DNA of 64,000 nt, taken from the NCBI GenBank assembly GCA_047638695.1, contig JBLINY010000003.1, positions 21,035 through 85,034 of the forward strand. Reading direction: 5' to 3'. The notes beneath the pieces are model-generated. The model searched no databases and was not told the origin of the DNA. It was given only the letters and a program-made list of their open reading frames with translations. Both the position numbers and the translations under genes were made by a program. This document shows, piece after piece, positions 17,381 to 26,456 of the stretch (the stretch's first letter is position 1; the number at the start of each line of letters is the position of its first letter). Origin of the DNA: Acidimicrobiales bacterium (GTDB lineage: Bacteria > Actinomycetota > Acidimicrobiia > Acidimicrobiales > SZUA-35).

Positions 17381-18410
17381 CCTCGTCGGTGAGCAGGGAA
17401 AGACAGCGTCGGACCTGCTCATCTGCTTGACCAGGATGCTGCATCCGCAGGATCAGATCGGTGACGCCGAGTTCGTCGCGGTATCGACGGATCTCGTCGG
17501 CGCAGAATTCGGGATCGCCGATGATGAAGCGATCTTTCCAAAAGGCTTCCGACTCATAGAACGGGTCGTCGAGATCCGTCACCAGTCGACGGCTTCCGTC
17601 TGCCATCCGTTCGATCATGGCCACCCCGGGCGGGGCGTAGACGTTCCGATACGTGTGCATGAGATGTGGCCGTACCTCGGCCCAAGCCTGCTCGGTCGTT
17701 TCAGCAACGTAGAAGTCACGAATCAGCGCGATGGGCTCGTCGTCAAGCGGGCGGCCGGCTGCCTGCAAGGACACTCGATAGTCGTCGAACTGGGCCTTGG
17801 TGTGTTCAAGATCAGTGAGCAGCGAGATCAACAGGCGATGGCCATCGTCCGCCACTCGTCGACGAGTCTTCGGGGTGGCAGCCCCAACCCATAGTGGCGG
17901 CGGTGGTTGCTGAACCAAACCTGGCTTCAGTTGGGCATCAAGAACGTTGTAGTGCTTGCCCTCAAAGCTGAACCGCTCGCCGCTGAAGGCCAGGTTCAAG
18001 ATCTCGAGCCCCTCCAGATACATGGCCCGCCGAGAAGCGAACTCGTAGCCAAACCCGTCGAACTCGTCGGCCCGGTACCCCTGACCGACGCCCAGCTCGA
18101 AGCGCCCACCGGAGATGTTGTCGACAACCGCGCAGTCTTCGGCCAGCTTCATTGGATGGCCATAAAGGGGAAGTACGACGATCCCCTGGCAGATTCGCAC
18201 CTGCTCGGTGACGGCCGCAACGGCGGCCGCCACCATCATGGGTGACGGGCAGTAACTGTCTTCGAAGAAGTGGTGCTCGGTCAGCCAGATCGAATCGATA
18301 CCGCGCCGGTCGGCCTCGGCGATCTGCCCCAAACCTTCCCTATATACCTGCGCGGTCGAGGCACCGAACTCTGTCGGTGCCTCGAAAGAATAGAGCAGGC
18401 CAAATCGCAT
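17355..18410 (-). CDS. LLM-class (luciferase-like) flavin/F420-dependent oxidoreductase
   Basis: 351 aa with MRFGLLY...WLTEHHF...GRFELGVGQG, typical of the LLM family. Confidence 0.85.
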   Translation of the reverse strand: MRFGLLYSFEAPTEFGASTAQVYREGLGQIAEADRRGIDSIWLTEHHFFEDSYCPSPMMVAAAVAAVTEQVRICQGIVVLPLYGHPMKLAEDCAVVDNISGGRFELGVGQGYRADEFDGFGYEFASRRAMYLEGLEILNLAFSGERFSFEGKHYNVLDAQLKPGLVQQPPPPLWVGAATPKTRRRVADDGHRLLISLLTDLEHTKAQFDDYRVSLQAAGRPLDDEPIALIRDFYVAETTEQAWAEVRPHLMHTYRNVYAPPGVAMIERMADGSRRLVTDLDDPFYESEAFWKDRFIIGDPEFCADEIRRYRDELGVTDLILRMQHPGQADEQVRRCLSLLTDEVIPAVEAT

Positions 18411-18419
18411 GGCCGAATA

Positions 18420-19766
18420 TCAGCTGTAGGGGTGAGGGATGCGCTCGATCTGCAGCGGGTTGTCGTAATCGACCATGCCGGTCTGCATGCCGGCAATGGG
18501 CTGCGCTTGGTAGCGAGCTACTTCGGCCCGACCAACCACCATGTGATGGACCTCGTCGGGTCCGTCGGCAAGCCGCAGCGTTCGCTGGGCATGGTAGAGA
18601 TCGGGGAGAACCGTCCATTGGCTCACTCCTGCGGCGCCGTGCATCTGGATGGAGGCGTCGATGATCTGGCAGACACGCTCGGGCACCATGGCCTTGACGG
18701 CCGACACCCACACTCGTGCTTCGCGGTTGCCGAGGACATCCATGGCCTTGGCGGCACGCAACACCATGAGGCGCATGGCCTCGATGTCAATGCGCATACG
18801 GGAGGCCAGCTCGACGTTCTTACCCAGCTGGATGAGGGGCTTGCCGAAGGCTTGCTTCGACAGACCACGCTCGCAGTAGAGCTGCAGCGCCTTATCGGCG
18901 GCGCCGATCGAGCGCATGCAATGGTGAATCCGGCCCGGTCCAAGACGAAGCTGACTGATCTCGAAGCCACGACCCTCGCCCAGGAGCATGTTCTCCTTCG
19001 GCACCCGCACATCGGTGTACTTGATGTGCATATGACCGTGAGGTGAATCGTCACTGCCGAAGACATGCATCGGACCGAGGATGTCGACGCCAGGAGCATC
19101 GATCGGCACGAGAATCTGCGACTGCTGCAGGTGAGGAGCAGCATCGGGGTTCGTGCGACACATGGTGATCATGATGAGGCAGCGAGGATCGCCCGCCCCC
19201 GAGATGTAGAACTTCTCGCCGTTGATGACGTACTCGTCGCCATCCAACTCGGCCACCGTCGCCACATTCTTGGCATCGGACGAGGCGAACTCGGGCTCGG
19301 TCATGGCGAAGGCCGAGCGAATCTTGCCTTCGAGAAGCGGCTTCAGCCACTGCTCTTTTTGCTCGGGGGTGCCGACACGCTCGAGCACCTCCATGTTGCC
19401 GGTGTCGGGAGCGGCGCAGTTGAGGCACTCCGAAGCGAGGCGATTCTTGCCCAGCTCGTTGGCGATGTAGGCGTAGTCGAGGTTGCTGAGGCCTTCGCCG
19501 GTCTCAGCGTCGGGCAGGAAGAAGTTCCATAGACCCTGTTCGCGAGCCTTTGCTTTCGCCCCCTCGAGCAACTCAAGTTGGCCTTCGCCGTAGCTCCACG
19601 GGTCGACACGACCCTCGCCGAGGCGGTGGAATTCTGCGGTGATGGGGTCGACTTCAGTCGAGATGAACTTGATGACCGACTCGAGGAGCGGACGAGCGCT
19701 GTCCGACATCGAGAGGTCGTACATCTGGCCACCGAAGTCGTCAGTGTTCAAGGGGTTGGCTGGCAT
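18420..19766 (-). CDS. acyl-CoA dehydrogenase (ACAD10/11-like FadE)
   Basis: 448 aa with FAMTEP..SDA and a YISGAGDPR-type motif, and an ACAD C-terminal helical domain. Confidence 0.85.
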   Translation of the reverse strand: MPANPLNTDDFGGQMYDLSMSDSARPLLESVIKFISTEVDPITAEFHRLGEGRVDPWSYGEGQLELLEGAKAKAREQGLWNFFLPDAETGEGLSNLDYAYIANELGKNRLASECLNCAAPDTGNMEVLERVGTPEQKEQWLKPLLEGKIRSAFAMTEPEFASSDAKNVATVAELDGDEYVINGEKFYISGAGDPRCLIMITMCRTNPDAAPHLQQSQILVPIDAPGVDILGPMHVFGSDDSPHGHMHIKYTDVRVPKENMLLGEGRGFEISQLRLGPGRIHHCMRSIGAADKALQLYCERGLSKQAFGKPLIQLGKNVELASRMRIDIEAMRLMVLRAAKAMDVLGNREARVWVSAVKAMVPERVCQIIDASIQMHGAAGVSQWTVLPDLYHAQRTLRLADGPDEVHHMVVGRAEVARYQAQPIAGMQTGMVDYDNPLQIERIPHPYS

Positions 19767-19858
19767 TGTGTTCCGTCCTTGGGGGGTTTGCGAACTGCTA
19801 GATCATGCCACCGGTCAGAGTGTTCTCCGAAATCGGTGCTGACCAACGCAGGTAGGCG

Positions 19859-20500
19859 TCAATCGATGGGAAGGGCCGTAACGACCCGGTTGCCAACATA
19901 GCTATGCGAGGCTTCATCAAAGGTACCCCCGCAGGTAGCGAGATGCAGGGTGGCTGGACCGTCGCGGCGAAAGATCTCGTCGGCGGGAAGCGCCGACTTC
20001 TCGTAGAGCACCTGATCTGACACTTCGAACGATCGAGTTTGCCCGTCGTCGAACTCAACATTGATGAGATCGCCAGCAATGAGCGTGCGCAACTCGAAGA
20101 ACGCGCCCGGCCGACCGCCGAAATCGACGTGCGCTGCCAAAACCGCCGAGCCCGTATCGCCCGGCGCCGAGCCGTACTGATACCAACCAACCTGGTCTGC
20201 GCCTGGCACATCAAAGCGCCCTTCGGCATCAACACCGGCCGAGACGATGTCGACATCGAGGCCGAGAGCCGGAATGACGACCCGCGCTGGCGTCGGCGAC
20301 GCGTCTGCCGACACTGCATCGTCACCGCTGCTCACCGCCAGCGTCGAAACGGTCGATGACAGGTCGGGCGCCCCGTAATCAGGTGCATTCGCTTCCGAAG
20401 CGATGGTCGGCACCGACGACGGCACCGAGGGGGCCGCAGTCCTGGCCACGCCGAACGCGACAAGCCCCGACGCCAGCAACGCGATCAGCGGCACCTTCAC
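19859..20500 (-). CDS. class F sortase
   Basis: 213 aa with an N-terminal signal/anchor, AAHVD and the catalytic LATCGG motif. GTG start. Confidence 0.8.
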   Translation of the reverse strand: MKVPLIALLASGLVAFGVARTAAPSVPSSVPTIASEANAPDYGAPDLSSTVSTLAVSSGDDAVSADASPTPARVVIPALGLDVDIVSAGVDAEGRFDVPGADQVGWYQYGSAPGDTGSAVLAAHVDFGGRPGAFFELRTLIAGDLINVEFDDGQTRSFEVSDQVLYEKSALPADEIFRRDGPATLHLATCGGTFDEASHSYVGNRVVTALPID

Positions 20501-20556
20501 AGATTCACCTTCAACAGATTCACCTTCACGAATTCACCGTCACAGCCGCACCTTCA
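20492..20556. repeat. five tandem ~14.5-bp copies of the sortase start region
   Basis: CACC(T/G)TCA at 20492, 20506, 20521, 20535 and 20549. On the minus strand each copy reads (G)TGAAGGTG, the same as the GTGAAGGTG that starts the sortase ORF. The array fills the 64-bp intergenic gap. Confidence 0.85.
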
Positions 20557-20564
20557 AGTCGGGC

Positions 20565-22544
20565 TCAGTCGACGCGCGGCCCGGTCGCCCCGGGAACGGT
20601 CGCCGATCGGCGCTGTACGACAACGAAACCGGCACCAGCGAGCACGACCATCAGCACAAGTCCTGGGATCAGCCCGTCGCCGGTGGCCGAGAACGAATCG
20701 TCGACGAGGCCGGTATCACCACTTGGGATGGCAGTGGGAGCGGTTTGAAGACCGTCGATGCGACGGATCAACGTGGTCAGATCGCCCTCGTCCCCGCGAA
20801 CCCAAGCCGTCGTCAATTCGCCCTCGGCCGAATCGATCTCCTGGGTGTACAGCTCGTTGCCATCGGCATCGACAACCGTGAGCACGTGGGCCCCAGCTGG
20901 CACATCGACCACAGCCGATGATCCGGAAGGAACCTCGGTAGCAACCTCGTCGCCGTCCAGAAGCACCGTGGCTGGCCCCATGGCCGCCACGTGTCGAACA
21001 GCGAAGCGGCTCTGGCCTGGCTCGATCGGGTCGAGATTGTTACCAAATGCCTGCAGCATCGGGGTGCCCTCAGCATCGACAAAGGCAACGAGCGTGCCGG
21101 AGCCGTCGATGTCCAGTGGACCAGCCAGGACTGGCTTGTCATCTCGGTCGTCGACCGAATCCGGCGGGTTGTCCTGTGCCACGAAGAGATCGACGGGTTG
21201 ACCGGCAGCATCGAGCGAAAGGGGGCCGGCGAGGTTGCCCGGTGAGAACCCGGGCGCAGCCAACTCACCGTTGATGTACGCGTCGACGTCGACACCGGGA
21301 ACAGCGTGCAGAATCTCGAACGAACCGGTTGCGTCAGCAGCTGAGAGCGCTGCCACGGGTGGAGGATCTGCCGGCCCGGTGATTGTTGTGGTCGCCTCCG
21401 TTGTCGTTGGAGCAGCTGTCGTCGGAACAGCTGTCGTGGTTGGAGCGATCGTGGTCGTTGGCGCCTCCGTTGTGGCGGGAGCAACCGTCGTCGTCGGGTC
21501 TTCTGTTGCGTCGTCGACGCTCTGCTGCACCTCACTCGCGGCTTCTGTGTCGGCGACGTCACCATCGTTGTCCCGGGTCAGAGCCCAAAGTCCGAGGCCG
21601 CCCACTCCAACGAGACCGGCGAGAACCCACCCAGCGCGCCGCCGACCACGTCTGCCATCGCTTTCGGGCGGGGTGGCCGCGACTGCAGCGGCCGTCGTCG
21701 GCTCTTTTCGGCTGGCGGCGAATCCGGCCGCGCCAACAGCGACCGTTGCCCCGCCGACTGCGGCAGCTGCACCGGCACCGGCAAGGCCGCCGGTGCGATT
21801 GTTCACTGCGTCGGACAGCTGGCGGGCGGCTTCCGAGCTACCGAGCGCGGCCAAACCATGACGGCGGCGACGGCGGCCGGGCAACGCGCCGAGTCGATCG
21901 GCGAACGAGCGAGCGCTGGGAGGACGATTCGACGGCTCGGCATTGGTGGCCTCGCTGATGAGCTGCTGCGCGTCGCTTGGGATCTGCCCTTGCGTGCGGC
22001 CAAGACCCTTTTCAAGAACGCGACCGAGGCTGTACACGTCAGATCGGACGTTGGGGGTGCCCCCGGCCAAGACTTCGGGAGCGACGTAGTCGCTGCGGTC
22101 TGCCTCGGCCGTACCACCGCGTCCCAGGCCCATACCGGCCACGGCGATCTCGCTGCCCACCACACGAATGTCATCGGTGCCGAGCGCGCCATGAACCAGA
22201 CCGGTGAGGTGGCCGGCGTGAGTCGCCTCCGCCGCCGCTTCGGTGGCCGACACAATCTCGTCGAAACCAGAGACCGAGCGGCCGTCGAGCGCCTCGGTGA
22301 ACGAACGGCCGGGCGCCGGAAGTTGGTAGGCCTTCACCTCGTCGAAGGTGCGAGTTACCCCAACGGTTGGTACGAGACCGTCGATGTTCTCGGTCTGGAC
22401 CAGCCGTCGTCGATGCTCCTCGGGCCATGCGGTCGAGGGAACGACCACCACATCAGCCTCGCGCCCGCCGACCAGTTCACTCGATCTCTGATAACCAAAC
22501 CAGGTTCGGGCATCGCCCGAAACATCGTCGGTTGATTCGCTCAT
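20565..22544 (-). CDS. transmembrane pseudokinase with extracellular Thr/Pro linker, DUF4397 repeats and C-terminal sorting-type signal
   Basis: The N-terminal STPK-like fold retains APE and SDVYSLG, but HRD is replaced by HGA (LVHGALGTDD) and DFG by GMG. One TM segment (AGWVLAGLVGVGGLGLWAL), then a T/P-rich linker, then two DUF4397-like modules. The C-terminus is ..SFSATGDG + hydrophobic stretch + QRRS. Confidence 0.7.
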   Translation of the reverse strand: MSESTDDVSGDARTWFGYQRSSELVGGREADVVVVPSTAWPEEHRRRLVQTENIDGLVPTVGVTRTFDEVKAYQLPAPGRSFTEALDGRSVSGFDEIVSATEAAAEATHAGHLTGLVHGALGTDDIRVVGSEIAVAGMGLGRGGTAEADRSDYVAPEVLAGGTPNVRSDVYSLGRVLEKGLGRTQGQIPSDAQQLISEATNAEPSNRPPSARSFADRLGALPGRRRRRHGLAALGSSEAARQLSDAVNNRTGGLAGAGAAAAVGGATVAVGAAGFAASRKEPTTAAAVAATPPESDGRRGRRRAGWVLAGLVGVGGLGLWALTRDNDGDVADTEAASEVQQSVDDATEDPTTTVAPATTEAPTTTIAPTTTAVPTTAAPTTTEATTTITGPADPPPVAALSAADATGSFEILHAVPGVDVDAYINGELAAPGFSPGNLAGPLSLDAAGQPVDLFVAQDNPPDSVDDRDDKPVLAGPLDIDGSGTLVAFVDAEGTPMLQAFGNNLDPIEPGQSRFAVRHVAAMGPATVLLDGDEVATEVPSGSSAVVDVPAGAHVLTVVDADGNELYTQEIDSAEGELTTAWVRGDEGDLTTLIRRIDGLQTAPTAIPSGDTGLVDDSFSATGDGLIPGLVLMVVLAGAGFVVVQRRSATVPGATGPRVD

Positions 22545-22608
22545 TCTCCGCCTCGCTTTTCGCCCACGCCGTTGCCGACGATGCTAGTGCCGCGCCCGCC
22601 GACCCCAA

Positions 22609-22633
22609 CCGGGGCCCCTGGCCAGGGGCCCCG
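22609..22633 (-). terminator. perfect GC-rich inverted repeat after the CoA-transferase stop (possible I-shaped terminator)
   Basis: cggggcccctgg/ccaggggccccg gives 12-nt perfect arms starting 2 nt after the TAG stop. There is no U-tract. Confidence 0.4.
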
Positions 22634-22634
22634 A

Positions 22635-23756
22635 CTAGCCGAATTCGGCCCGGATCGAATCGCCGTGTTGGTCGACCGACGGGACGGTCTGTTCGACATC
22701 CCAGTCCGTGGCGACCGGGGGCGCCGGCAGGCTGGCGATGCCGTCCGCATGCGGCGCGGCAATACGTCGCAACTGAGGATGGGCCGACAGTGCGGCAACG
22801 TCGTTCACGGCCCCGTAGGCAATCCGAGCAGCAAGAAGTCGACTCGTAAGCTCGTCCCTCGTCGTCCGGGCGAACACCGAAGCCACGATGCCATCAGTAT
22901 CGGGCCGATTGGCCACTCGCACCACGTTGGTGGCGAACCGCTCGTCAGTTCCCAACTCGGGACGGTCAAGCACCTGCTCACACAAATCTCGCCACTCGCG
23001 ATCGGACTGAATCGAAATGACCACCGTGTGTCCGTCGGACGATTCGAAGCCGCCATACGGCGAGATCGACGGATGAGCTAGACCAACCCGCTCCGGCGCT
23101 TTGCCCAACCCTTCGTGATGCACAAGCGGCACCGTCATGAGTTCGGCCGCGCTCGCGAACAGCGAAGTCTCGAGATGAGCCCCCTCTCCCGTACGGGCCT
23201 GTCGATAGAGGGCCTGGGTGATGGCGATGGCGGCGTTCATACCCGTGGTGAGGTCGACCAGGCTGACACCGACCCTCCCGTAGGGGCCAGGGGGCCCTGA
23301 AACGGCGAGAATGCCGCTTTCGGCCTGCACTAGAAGGTCATACGCCTTCATCTCCGCCATCGGTCCATCCGAGCCGTAGCCCGAGAGGTCGCACACGATC
23401 AGTCGGGGATTGACGGCATGAAGCGATGCGGCATCGAGACCTAGCCGGGTTGTCGCCCCGACAGCAAGGTTCTGAATGAAGACGTCGGCCGTGCTCAGTA
23501 TGCGCAAAAGAAGCGAGCGGTCGTCAGCATCCTTGACGTCGAGCGCGATCGACTCCTTTCCTCGGTTGAGCCACGCGAAGTAGGCCGAGGCGCCGTCGGC
23601 AGCGTTGTCGTAACCACGAGCGAAGTCGCCCTCCGCCCGCTCGATCTTAATGACTCGAGCACCGGCATCTGCGAGGCGCTGCGATGCCAGCGGTGCAGCC
23701 ACGGCCTGCTCGAGCGACACCACGACCACACCGTCTAGTGGAGCCGATCCGGTCAT
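22635..23756 (-). CDS. family III (CaiB/BaiF) CoA-transferase
   Basis: Start moved to the internal ATG (MTGSAPLDGVVVVSLEQAVAAP...), which gives an ATGA overlap with the upstream gene. Confidence 0.85.
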   Translation of the reverse strand: MTGSAPLDGVVVVSLEQAVAAPLASQRLADAGARVIKIERAEGDFARGYDNAADGASAYFAWLNRGKESIALDVKDADDRSLLLRILSTADVFIQNLAVGATTRLGLDAASLHAVNPRLIVCDLSGYGSDGPMAEMKAYDLLVQAESGILAVSGPPGPYGRVGVSLVDLTTGMNAAIAITQALYRQARTGEGAHLETSLFASAAELMTVPLVHHEGLGKAPERVGLAHPSISPYGGFESSDGHTVVISIQSDREWRDLCEQVLDRPELGTDERFATNVVRVANRPDTDGIVASVFARTTRDELTSRLLAARIAYGAVNDVAALSAHPQLRRIAAPHADGIASLPAPPVATDWDVEQTVPSVDQHGDSIRAEFG

Positions 23757-25036
23757 GCGCCGGCCATCCTGCGAACGGCACCCAGCAGCACGCTGGCACC
23801 CCGTTCGGCTTGTTCTTTGGTGATGTTCTCGGCCTCGTTGTGGCTCAGGCCGTCGTCGCACGGCACGAAGATCATTGATGTCGGGGCATGCAGCGCGACG
23901 TAACACGCATCGTGGCCCGCACCGGAGAACATCCGGTGGTTGGTGAACCCGAGTTCGGCCACGGCCTCCTCCACCGACGCAACACAGTTCTCATCAAAAG
24001 CCACCGGTGCTGAATCCATCCGCTTCGTGATCGAGTGCGTCACGCCGTGGGCATCGGCCTCCTCTGCCACGATCGTCCGCATCAGCGATTCCATTTCTTC
24101 GAGCACCTCGCCTTCGGGATGACGTAAGTCGAGCGTGCACCACAACCGTTCGGGGATCGTGTTTGGGCTTACCGGCTCTGAACCGAACTGGGCGAAGGTT
24201 CCGCGGGCCCACGGCGCTCGTTCGTCGACCAGGCCATACACCCGTGACACGATGCGAGCGATCACCCGGGCCGGGTCTTTCCTGCCCTCCATTGGGGTCG
24301 GGCCGGCGTGAGCGGGGAAGCCGCCCAGCTCGATGGTGAACCACCGCAAGCCCTGAACACCGGTGACCACACCAATCTCCAACTCCTCGGCCTCCAGGAT
24401 CGGGCCCTGCTCGATGTGCAACTCGAAGGATCCGGTCAGCGGAGTCGGTTGCGCTGGGCGGGCGCCTCGCCAGCCCAGCCGGTCAAGTTCTTCGCCAACG
24501 GTGACTCCGTCGATATCTGTCAACGCACAGGCGTCGTCAACACTGAGCTTCTGGGCCCAGACTCCGGATCCCATCATCGACACCTGAAAACGGGAACCCT
24601 CCTCGTTCGTCCACACCACCAGATCAATCGGCGTCTCGGTCTGGATGCCGAGGTCATTCAGACGCTCGATCACCTCGAGCCCGCCCAACACGCCGTATAC
24701 CCCGTCGAAGCGACCGCCCGTCGGCTGGGTGTCGAGATGACTACCGATCAGCACCGGTGGTGCGTCGGGATCTAACCCGGGTCGGCGAACGAACAGGTTG
24801 CCGATCTCATCGATCTCGTGGGTGCACCCCGCGGCCGTAGCCCAGCCCAGAAACAGTGCGCGCCCGGCTGCATCATCATCGCTGAGAGCCTGACGATTGC
24901 TACCTCCGTTCACCGTGGGTGCCACCTGGGCCATCGCCATCAGCCGACTCCACAGTCGGTCGGCATCAACTCGGTCGGCATCAACTCGGTCGGCATCAAC
25001 TGGGTTAGCCGTTGGTGTGGTGTTCACGTCGTTCAC
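23753..25036 (-). CDS. M20-family Zn amidohydrolase (N-carbamoyl-L-amino-acid hydrolase / allantoate amidohydrolase type)
   Basis: GSHLDTQPTGGRFDG motif. 427 aa. The N-terminus carries (VDADR)x3. Confidence 0.8.
   Translation of the reverse strand: MNDVNTTPTANPVDADRVDADRVDADRLWSRLMAMAQVAPTVNGGSNRQALSDDDAAGRALFLGWATAAGCTHEIDEIGNLFVRRPGLDPDAPPVLIGSHLDTQPTGGRFDGVYGVLGGLEVIERLNDLGIQTETPIDLVVWTNEEGSRFQVSMMGSGVWAQKLSVDDACALTDIDGVTVGEELDRLGWRGARPAQPTPLTGSFELHIEQGPILEAEELEIGVVTGVQGLRWFTIELGGFPAHAGPTPMEGRKDPARVIARIVSRVYGLVDERAPWARGTFAQFGSEPVSPNTIPERLWCTLDLRHPEGEVLEEMESLMRTIVAEEADAHGVTHSITKRMDSAPVAFDENCVASVEEAVAELGFTNHRMFSGAGHDACYVALHAPTSMIFVPCDDGLSHNEAENITKEQAERGASVLLGAVRRMAGA
24956..25000. repeat. 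15-bp tandem repeat x3 in the N-terminus of the M20 hydrolase
   Basis: tcggtcggcatcaac at 24956, 24971 and 24986, all perfect copies. Confidence 0.95.
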
Positions 25037-25043
25037 TCCTCAA

Positions 25044-26456
25044 CTATCCCCGAGCATCGCGGGGATAGGCCACCCAAAGCACAACAGGGGCAAGAGCCAT
25101 GGCTGCCACCATGGCCCACCAGCCGGTCCGAAACGCGTCGAGCCGGCCGATGCCCACCGCGTCGCCAATGACCGATGCAACAACGGCGACACCAAGTGCC
25201 CCTCCAAAGAGCCGAGCCGTGTTGTAGAGGGCGTTGGCAGCAGCCAGTTGCGATTCAGGCACGTCGCGCAGGGCGGCCGAATTGCCAGGGCCAAGCATCA
25301 GGGCCATGCCAGAGCCGATGCCGAGCGTGCCCGGCAAGAAGGCAAACCAGTACGTGGTGTCGGGGGCCAACCACAGCGCCATCCAGGCGGTGCCGACGGT
25401 GGCCAACGAGGCGCCGAGTACCAGCATCCGGCGATAGCCACGCCGATCGGCGAATCGACCGGCAAAGATGGTCAGAACCATGAGTGCGAGCGGGCCGGGG
25501 GTCATGGCTAGCCCAACCTGCAGGATGGAGTAGTCCCAGATTTCAATCATGAAGAGCGGGTACAGGAACCACGACGCGGTCGTAGAAGTAGCCAGTAGGG
25601 CCGAAGCGAAGGTGACGACGGAGAACGACCGAATTCGCAGAAGGCCGAGATCGACCAGAGGCTCGGGGTGAAACAACGAACTCTGCACGAACAGCACGGC
25701 GTTGACAACGGCGATGGCGGCCACCGTCAGGATGATCGAGTCCGTCCATCCCCACACACGGCCCTGCACGATTACCAGCACCAGACCACCGACCGCGGTG
25801 GTTCCAGCAACGGTGCCGACGATGTCGAGAGGCGCTTGCTTGACTGCATCGGCATCGATGTCCAAAACCATCTGGCCACCGAGGAAAGCCAACAAGGCGA
25901 TGGGAGTCGCTATCAGAAAGAGGGCCCGCCAACTCGATACCTCCAACAAGCCAGCCGCGACCGTCGGCGCCGCCGCCGCTCCCAGAATCCCCATCGACGA
26001 CCACGTCGACACAACGGTGGCATGGCGTTCGCGAGGAAAAAGTGGCAGCACGGCAGCCAGGGACGATGGCAACACCATCGCCGCCCCGATGGCCTGCACG
26101 ACCCTGGCCGCAATGATCAGTTCGATGCCCGGAGCCAGGCCCGACAGCAGCGCACCGAGAGCGAACAGCAGCATGCCACCCAAGAAAACAAGCCGCCGGC
26201 CAAGGCGGTCGGCGACCCGACCGCCGAGCAACATGAAAGTGACCGTGGTGACGTTGAACCCTGAAACAACCCAAGAGATCGTCGACAACGGCACCGCCGG
26301 AAAGTCCTCTTCGAGGACGGGCACGGCGATGTTGGTAGCAGTCCCGACGAAGCTGACCAGCAGCATGGCGGTTGCCGCTACAACCAGAGCCTGGTTGGCC
26401 CGCTTGCTGTTGTCTTCGACGAATATCTGCGCCGTGACTTGAGGGGGCTGGGTCAC
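25044..26456 (-). CDS. MFS transporter (DHA2/EmrB-like, 14 TM)
   Basis: 470 aa with an MFS signature GGRVADRLGRR. Confidence 0.85.
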   Translation of the reverse strand: MTQPPQVTAQIFVEDNSKRANQALVVAATAMLLVSFVGTATNIAVPVLEEDFPAVPLSTISWVVSGFNVTTVTFMLLGGRVADRLGRRLVFLGGMLLFALGALLSGLAPGIELIIAARVVQAIGAAMVLPSSLAAVLPLFPRERHATVVSTWSSMGILGAAAAPTVAAGLLEVSSWRALFLIATPIALLAFLGGQMVLDIDADAVKQAPLDIVGTVAGTTAVGGLVLVIVQGRVWGWTDSIILTVAAIAVVNAVLFVQSSLFHPEPLVDLGLLRIRSFSVVTFASALLATSTTASWFLYPLFMIEIWDYSILQVGLAMTPGPLALMVLTIFAGRFADRRGYRRMLVLGASLATVGTAWMALWLAPDTTYWFAFLPGTLGIGSGMALMLGPGNSAALRDVPESQLAAANALYNTARLFGGALGVAVVASVIGDAVGIGRLDAFRTGWWAMVAAMALAPVVLWVAYPRDARG

